The notes below the pieces were generated by a model. That model saw nothing but the letters and a program-made list of their open reading frames with translations, was not told the origin of the DNA and searched no databases. A stretch of 64,000 bases of DNA from an uncultured delta proteobacterium. Lineage in GTDB: Bacteria > Desulfobacterota > Syntrophobacteria > BM002. A program made the translations under genes and the position numbers. The DNA is taken from assembly GCA_963712115.1 (NCBI GenBank), contig CAVQGX010000031.1:224001-288000 (forward strand), in the 5' to 3' direction. Shown here in pieces: positions 58,091-64,000 of this stretch (position 1 is its first letter; every line of letters begins with the position of its first letter).

Positions 58091-60673
58091 TCAGATCTGT
58101 CCAACCGCGTTAGGGGCTTCCGCTAACGCGAGAAAATCTTCCATGTATTTGGTCATGTGCTCATCGCTGATCATTTTCACATCCAGTTGGCGGGTGAATG
58201 CCACCAGTCGTCCGAGAATGCGCATCTTGCCAACCATGCCCTGGGCAGGAAGCTTCTTGATCCGCGCTACAACCAGATCCCCGCGCACATCAACACGGAA
58301 GTCATACCTTCCAAGGACCTCGGCGAGAAAGTTCGCCCTCCGCGACCTGCGGGTAATGTCCGTAACTCCGCCAAGAAATCGAAAGTAAGCGTAGTTGTCA
58401 TTGGGTTTTTCGCTTATGTAGGAATCAATAATGTTGAAGTGATACCCGAGCCTAAGACTGAGATTGAGATATTCTTTGCTTATAACCGCCAGATTCAGAC
58501 CCAAATACCGGGGACTAGCCATGGCAGAAGAAAAAGTCCGGGTAAGACTTGACATGAAACTGCCAAAATCTACAGACATGGGTTCCGTCGCCCACATTCC
58601 CGGCTCGGCCATTCCTTCCAAAAGAGCACGCATGGGCACCGAGATAACCTGGCTTTGCTCGATCTCATTCGAGTTTGCCTGTTCAACCAGGCCACCACCG
58701 ATATCAATGATCACCAGCCCCAGAGGAATAGGGAACTTCAACTTTCGCAATGCGGTTTCCGAGCGGTGGTCATACTTCAGCTCGATTAATTCCTCCACAG
58801 CCCTTTCGTGGACAAAACGGGTGATGTCGTGAAAGGTCTTGCAGGAGGTGGGATTGAAGTTCTTATCATGCGGATCCACCAGATTTAGTGGGGCGATTTT
58901 TTTAAGCACCCGGCGGAGTAGCCTGTATTCATATGTTTCTTCAATGGCTTCTTCGGTAAACTCATAGTAGCACAGCTCCTTGACCGTCCCCTGGTAGACC
59001 ACATTCTGTTCGGCGTCCAAGGTGATCTCCTGGCCTGTGTGCAATAGCCTTGTTGCCACCCCGGTATTTACGATGGTTGGTACTCTGAATTCACGGGCAA
59101 TGGTGGCCATGTGTCCGGTAGCTGAACCTACATCGGTAAGGATGGCATTGGCCCTCTTGATCACCCTTGCAAGGCGAGGCGAGGTGTACTTGGTGACTAG
59201 AATGGCACCCTGGGGAAAATCGTCCAAATCTTCGTCGCTTTTGACTACAAAGACCTTTCCGGTGCCGACGCCCCGTTGAGCAATCACCCCTTTCCCTGCA
59301 AAAATGATCGGGTAACTCTCGAGAACCGAGGAGATATCACAGACTAGCTGGTCAATCTGGGCTTTGATCTTAAGCGGTCTGGCTTGCAAGATGAAAACGG
59401 CGCCATCCTGATCCAGCACCCATTCAATGTCCTGCGGTCTCTTGAAGTATCGTTCGATAGTGAAAGCCATGTTCACCAAGCTCAGCGCCTGTTCTTCGGT
59501 CAGGCACGATCTGGTCTGGAGATCTTCAGGGACCGGGCGAATCTCGGTTCCCCCGCTCTCCCTCGTGGTGAGCATCTCGCTCTTGCGCACGATGTTGAGT
59601 GCTGTTATGGGGTAAGGAGCCTCACGGCTCACGGTGTAGTTGTCCGCCACTATTTTACCGGCCACAAGTGGAGCACCGAGACCCCAGGTAGCGGTGATTA
59701 TCATGACTTCCTGCTCAGGAGATTGTGGGTCCAGCGAATAGAGAACACCGCTGACTTTGGCATCCACCATCAGCTGGCAACCGACAGCCATAGCCACCTC
59801 AGTTTCTGAAAACCCTGTCTGGAGCCGGTATTCCATGGCCGAACTTGAATAGGTACTGGCAAGAACGTCCTTGTAGCGATCCAGGATATTCTCTGGGGGT
59901 TCATTGAGAAAGCTTGTATATTGACCGGCAAAAGTGTGCTCGCCGTCCTCACCCCAAGCGCTGCTGCGGATGGCAAGAGAGGGCTTCACAGTCTCCGCTG
60001 ACAGGTAGAGCTGATCCATGGCGTTACCTATGGCTTTCTCCAGGGCTGGCGGGATCTTCCCCTCTATGATTAGACCTTGAATTCTTGCTGCAGCCTCCTC
60101 GCTCGAGTACTCTTTTTCTTCTCGCCAACCGGTGATAATAGCTTCAATCTGATCCCAGAGCTGATTGTGCTCTATGTAAGACTGGAATGTTCTGGTGGTA
60201 ATGGCGAAGCCGTCCGGAACAGCCAGGTGGAGTAGATTTTTCACCTCCGCAAGGTTAGCGTTCTTGTTGCCGACCACATCGCTGAAATCCCGAGAGATCG
60301 CCGTGTAAGGCATGGTATAATCTGTCTTAGGAATGACCAGCCTGCCGGCCAGTTCTTCTCTAATGTCAGCGTTGATCCGCTCATAGCTTTCATAGAGCGG
60401 TAGGTATTTTTTTGGGGCGATGGTGTTCAGATTGTAGATGATGTTGTAGACCAGCTCAGCCGCTTTCTCACAGGTAGAGATAATGTACTGCCGGTCGAAC
60501 ACGTAATCCCCCCCCAGTTTGTCTCCCATATCAGCAATCAACTCAAGAATCTGGTTGTTTTTCTCCAAGATTTTCTGGAACCTGCCAAAGAGAACTCCAA
60601 ACGGGACCTTTTGTGCGGCTTGCCGTCGAAAGTTGAGTAGCTTTTTAACTCGGCTTAATAAACTCATCTGCAT
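58091..60673 (-). CDS. PEP-synthase/PPDK-like protein (ATP-grasp + His swivel, atypical C-terminus)
   Basis: VGNKNANL, VPDGFAIT, RSSAWGED..FAGQY, PQDIEW, ILQARPL, GSATGHMATIARE; start trimmed to 60673. Confidence 0.88.
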   Translation of the reverse strand: MQMSLLSRVKKLLNFRRQAAQKVPFGVLFGRFQKILEKNNQILELIADMGDKLGGDYVFDRQYIISTCEKAAELVYNIIYNLNTIAPKKYLPLYESYERINADIREELAGRLVIPKTDYTMPYTAISRDFSDVVGNKNANLAEVKNLLHLAVPDGFAITTRTFQSYIEHNQLWDQIEAIITGWREEKEYSSEEAAARIQGLIIEGKIPPALEKAIGNAMDQLYLSAETVKPSLAIRSSAWGEDGEHTFAGQYTSFLNEPPENILDRYKDVLASTYSSSAMEYRLQTGFSETEVAMAVGCQLMVDAKVSGVLYSLDPQSPEQEVMIITATWGLGAPLVAGKIVADNYTVSREAPYPITALNIVRKSEMLTTRESGGTEIRPVPEDLQTRSCLTEEQALSLVNMAFTIERYFKRPQDIEWVLDQDGAVFILQARPLKIKAQIDQLVCDISSVLESYPIIFAGKGVIAQRGVGTGKVFVVKSDEDLDDFPQGAILVTKYTSPRLARVIKRANAILTDVGSATGHMATIAREFRVPTIVNTGVATRLLHTGQEITLDAEQNVVYQGTVKELCYYEFTEEAIEETYEYRLLRRVLKKIAPLNLVDPHDKNFNPTSCKTFHDITRFVHERAVEELIELKYDHRSETALRKLKFPIPLGLVIIDIGGGLVEQANSNEIEQSQVISVPMRALLEGMAEPGMWATEPMSVDFGSFMSSLTRTFSSAMASPRYLGLNLAVISKEYLNLSLRLGYHFNIIDSYISEKPNDNYAYFRFLGGVTDITRRSRRANFLAEVLGRYDFRVDVRGDLVVARIKKLPAQGMVGKMRILGRLVAFTRQLDVKMISDEHMTKYMEDFLALAEAPNAVGQI

Positions 60674-60725
60674 CGCGATCTCTTCCGCTCGCCTTGAGCC
60701 GGGTGCAAAGCACCCGGTCGAAAGG

Positions 60726-61511
60726 CTAATGAGCCCCTTTGCTCCCCCTGAACAAAAACCCCGTGAGCAGACCTGCGGCAATGGCAATCAGGCTGGCCAG
60801 TACCCCGTAGAGGCCGCCATGCTCAAAGGCAAGAGTTGACAGCATTGCGGGCAGACCAACCTCATCAACCTTCAGATGGTCGGTGGTCCTCGCCACAATA
60901 TTCCCCTGGTTGAGGGCGAAGATCTCCACACTGTAATCCCCGGGAGGGAGGCGAGGAGGCATGGAGAGGGTTGCAGCAAAAGGTTTGGTGGAACCCTGAC
61001 TTTCACCGTAGTGAACGGCGTCGTTTCGAACCCCGTATAGACCTTCACTTCTCTTCAGCTTCAGCAATTCCTCCAGGAGAGCGTGCTTGTCCGCGGGGGT
61101 TGGGGTGATATCCACCTGACTCTCAAGAGAATTGAGGCTGACCTCTTGAACTCCCGGCTCCCCTGGGTTCAACCGCGCCATATCTTCGAAAGACTTTGCG
61201 GTAAAGAGCAAATAGACATTAGGCAGCTGATGGAAGGTCACGGTTTCGAGATTCATCCACAAGATGCCTAGAACCCTGCCTTTTTTCTGGAATTCCAGGT
61301 CTTGCCGCTTTCCCTTAACCCTGATCACCACTTCGCTTTTGCCAGGTATCTCCCCGGTGACAGAGACTCGCTCGCCATTGTAGAAAGCGCCAATGTGAAT
61401 CACCGATGGATCTAGCTTTACCTTGAAGTTCACGGCTGTCCCGGCAAGGGTTGGACTGCACAGCAGGCCAGCAAGCAAAAGAAACATTCCGGTGATGAGT
61501 GGTCTGAACAC
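60726..61511 (-). CDS. TIGR02186-like membrane-anchored protein (TauE partner)
   Basis: Signal peptide, IGAFYNG, KKGRVLGILWMN, C-terminal TM LYGVLASLIAIAAG; GTG start 61511. Confidence 0.8.
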   Translation of the reverse strand: MFRPLITGMFLLLAGLLCSPTLAGTAVNFKVKLDPSVIHIGAFYNGERVSVTGEIPGKSEVVIRVKGKRQDLEFQKKGRVLGILWMNLETVTFHQLPNVYLLFTAKSFEDMARLNPGEPGVQEVSLNSLESQVDITPTPADKHALLEELLKLKRSEGLYGVRNDAVHYGESQGSTKPFAATLSMPPRLPPGDYSVEIFALNQGNIVARTTDHLKVDEVGLPAMLSTLAFEHGGLYGVLASLIAIAAGLLTGFLFRGSKGAH

Positions 61512-61512
61512 C

Positions 61513-62442
61513 TTAATGCCCTCCTTTATAAGCCAGCATAACATGGGGGGTGACGAGCAGGTCAAATAGCATTTTGACCATTACCAGGAGAACGAGTGAC
61601 GCCAGGAAGATCTTTAACTGATCACCTTTCAACCGCTTGCTTATTTTCGCGCCGAATTGCGCCCCTAGGGTGGAGCCCAACAGCAGGATGAGCGCCAAAA
61701 TAAAGTCCACGGTATGATTGGTATAGGACTGCATAATGGTCACATCAATGCAGGTAAAGAGAATTTGAAAGAGACTGGTGCCGACCACCACGTGCATGGG
61801 CATTCTCAGAAGGTACACCATCACGGGCACCATGATAAAACCGCCTCCGACGCCCATGATTGCCGCAAGAACTCCGACAAAAGTCCCCAGGACCAGGGGC
61901 ATCAGGATAGAAAGCCGAATGCCCGACTTGTCAAAATCAACCTGCCAGGGAAGTTTATTTACCAGCCGGGCATACTTTGATTCCTTCTTTGCTGCAACCA
62001 CAGCCACCTTGTCTTTCTTCAGCGCCTGCAGACTCTCAACGAACATGTAGAAACCAACAAATCCCAGCATCAGAACATAGGTCACTTTAATCAGGAAATC
62101 AGCATTACCCAGCTGACGCAGTATCTTGATGACCTGCACCCCCATGGTGCCGCCTATCACTCCACCTATTAGCAGGACAATGCCCATTTTGAAATCGACG
62201 TTGCCCAGTCGATAGTGGGCCAGAGTGCCTGAGGTTGAGGCTCCAACGATCTGGTTTGAATCGGAGGCTGCCGCAACTGTGGGAGGAATACCGGCCATAA
62301 TCAACAGGGGTGTCATCAAGAAGCCACCCCCCACCCCAAAGATTCCTGAAAGGATGCCGACCATCCCGCCCATGGCAAAAATCAAAAGTACGTTCACACT
62401 ATTTCCGGCGATGGGTAAGTACAGGTGCCAGAGCATGCTCAT
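61513..62442 (-). CDS. TauE/SafE (TSUP) family transporter
   Basis: LYLPIAG, GIFGVGGGFLMTP, GVGGGFIMVP, VVGTSLFQ. Confidence 0.92.
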   Translation of the reverse strand: MSMLWHLYLPIAGNSVNVLLIFAMGGMVGILSGIFGVGGGFLMTPLLIMAGIPPTVAAASDSNQIVGASTSGTLAHYRLGNVDFKMGIVLLIGGVIGGTMGVQVIKILRQLGNADFLIKVTYVLMLGFVGFYMFVESLQALKKDKVAVVAAKKESKYARLVNKLPWQVDFDKSGIRLSILMPLVLGTFVGVLAAIMGVGGGFIMVPVMVYLLRMPMHVVVGTSLFQILFTCIDVTIMQSYTNHTVDFILALILLLGSTLGAQFGAKISKRLKGDQLKIFLASLVLLVMVKMLFDLLVTPHVMLAYKGGH

Positions 62443-62879
62443 CTCCTTTTTGGTTTCGTCGCAACAGCTCTTTCATGAACCACCTCTATTCGGCAGTTGA
62501 TCCTGTGTCGAATATTCTCCAGCACATCAACAAACTCTCCCCCACTACCCTTCTCCTTGGCCAAGGGAAAACCGACCACGAGCAGGGTAATTCCGTTCTC
62601 TTCTATGAACTTTATGAGCTCTCCTTCATAGGTGCCGTGGGTAATGTAGTAGTCCACCACAACACCTTCCGAACGGCCTTCATCAATAAGTGCCTCGACT
62701 TTTTTCCTTGCCGCTGCCTCCATTTCTTCCTGGAGGTCCTCCTGGGTCGCGGCCATACCCGGGTTGATCACCAGGAGAATATAAACCTTGGCCTTTATCC
62801 GCTTCCCCAGGTTTATCGCATGGATGGGAGCCCACAAGGTCATGGCGCTGGCATCCATCCCAACTAGAATTTTCTCCAT
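62439..62879 (-). CDS. Single-domain USP-like protein
   Basis: GGAGG RBS; MEKILVGMD, ITLLVVG, CRIEVV. Confidence 0.8.
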   Translation of the reverse strand: MEKILVGMDASAMTLWAPIHAINLGKRIKAKVYILLVINPGMAATQEDLQEEMEAAARKKVEALIDEGRSEGVVVDYYITHGTYEGELIKFIEENGITLLVVGFPLAKEKGSGGEFVDVLENIRHRINCRIEVVHERAVATKPKRR

Positions 62880-62910
62880 TAGTTCCTCCAAAACGGTAGA
62901 AAGTACTATG

Positions 62911-63086
62911 GGCAAGATTGGTGCCAAAAATTATTTAACATAATATCAATAGCTTAGAGTTTTTCAGGCGAGAAAATAACTGTCCCAGTTTCATAATGAA
63001 ACGACAAGGGAAAGCCAGGGGTTAAAGAATCATGGATATTGGTATTGATGGCTCTTCGGACGGTAATGGGATGTTTCATTATGAAA
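62911..63086 (-). promoter_or_regulatory. Sigma54 promoter with IHF site and two palindromic upstream activator sites
   Basis: Minus strand TTGGCAC-CAATC-TTGC (62912-62927); IHF consensus TATCAA-TAGC-TTA (62944-62956); GTTTCATAATGAAAC (62988-63002) and GTTTCATTATGAAA (63073-63086). Confidence 0.85.
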
Positions 63087-63125
63087 AACAGGTGGTGCCC
63101 AGAGGGGACGGTGTGAGGAAAGGTT

Positions 63126-64000
63126 TTACTTTTCTTCCTGGAGGCCGTAGTGTTTCATTTTCCTCCACAGGGTGGTGCGCGGCAGGTTCAGGATCCTGGC
63201 ACTCAGGCTCTTGTTGTGGCCGGTCTTGGCGAGAACCCTGGCAATATGCTGTTTCTCAATTTCCTCGAGGGTCAGCAATCCTTCACCCTCAAAGGTTCTG
63301 AATTCCAGTTTTTGCATGTCCGGAGGGAGGTCCCTTAACTGGATAACTTCATCTTCACTAAGTGCGACGGCCCGTTCGATGATATTCTCCAGTTCGCGGA
63401 CATTCCCTGGAAAGCTGTAGTTCATCAGAATATCCATGGCCCGGTCGGCAATGCGACTGATTTTTTTGCCAAAAGCACGGCTGTACTTCTCGATGAAGTA
63501 GGAAACTAGCAAGGGGAGATCCTCCTTTCTGTCTGCTAGCTTGGGAATATACAAGGTCACCACATTGAGGCGGTAGAAGAGGTCCTCGCGAAAGGAGCCC
63601 GCGGCAACGGCTTTCTTGATATCTTTATTGCTGGCGGCAATTAACCGAATGTCCAGGTCGATTGACCGAGTGCCGCCAACCCGCAGGATTCGTTTTTCCT
63701 GAATGACGTGTAGCAGTTTTACCTGCATTGACTGTGGCATTTCGCCAATTTCGTCAAGAAAGACAGTGCCACCGGCTGCGGTTTCGAACAGGCCGATCTT
63801 GGTGGCCACCGCTCCTGTGAATGCCCCCTTTTCGTGGCCGAAAAGTTCGTTGCTGATTAACTCCTCGGTGAATCCCCCACAGTTGAAGGAGACGAAAGGG
63901 TGCCTATTCCTTGGGCTAAGGGCATGAATGGATCTAGCGACCAACTCCTTGCCGGTTCCACTTTCTCCCTGGATGAGCACGTTGCAATCAACCACTGCAA
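63126..64000 (-). CDS. Sigma54-dependent enhancer-binding protein (NtrC family), 5' part outside window
   Basis: [46 protein letters not shown], Fis-type HTH. Confidence 0.95.
   Translation of the reverse strand, partial: AVVDCNVLIQGESGTGKELVARSIHALSPRNRHPFVSFNCGGFTEELISNELFGHEKGAFTGAVATKIGLFETAAGGTVFLDEIGEMPQSMQVKLLHVIQEKRILRVGGTRSIDLDIRLIAASNKDIKKAVAAGSFREDLFYRLNVVTLYIPKLADRKEDLPLLVSYFIEKYSRAFGKKISRIADRAMDILMNYSFPGNVRELENIIERAVALSEDEVIQLRDLPPDMQKLEFRTFEGEGLLTLEEIEKQHIARVLAKTGHNKSLSARILNLPRTTLWRKMKHYGLQEEK

Noticed and set aside
1-64000. tRNA, rRNA, selenoprotein or prophage genes
   Set aside because: No cloverleaf or rRNA motifs, no split ORF suggesting UGA read-through and no phage hallmark genes were recognised by eye

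Overview
Gene-dense bacterial chromosome segment. The gene set (anaerobic cobalamin genes, YkgJ paralogs, USP/TauE/PEP-synthase-like operon, sigma54 sites) suggests an anaerobic Desulfobacterota-like organism; this is inference. In order: a partial AsmA-like gene; an anaerobic corrin operon (cbiA-cbiC-cbiD-cbiET-[GxxExxY cassette]-cbiF/G-cbiH); a LysM-FecR plus CHASE2-Ser/Thr kinase pair; a PilZ gene with a sigma54-type promoter; core genes radA, trxA, bamD, rho, rpmE, prfA, prmC, murA and comEC; a ~13 kb uncharacterised envelope cluster (two small lipoproteins, an 899-aa Ig-like/CsgG-FlgT-like/PEGA/TPR lipoprotein, a TolB-like propeller, a TPR protein and a complete Opp/Dpp-type ABC importer) next to tolQRAB-pal-cpoB; a djlA-like gene, Cys-rich genes, an extended ndk and a SEC-C protein; and a sigma54-type operon of USPs, TauE, a PEP-synthase-like protein and a receiver protein. 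Many intergenic regions hold palindromic or short-period repeat elements of several families, some nested and some modular. No rRNA, tRNA, CRISPR array or intact transposase was recognised. All calls were made by eye, without database searches.
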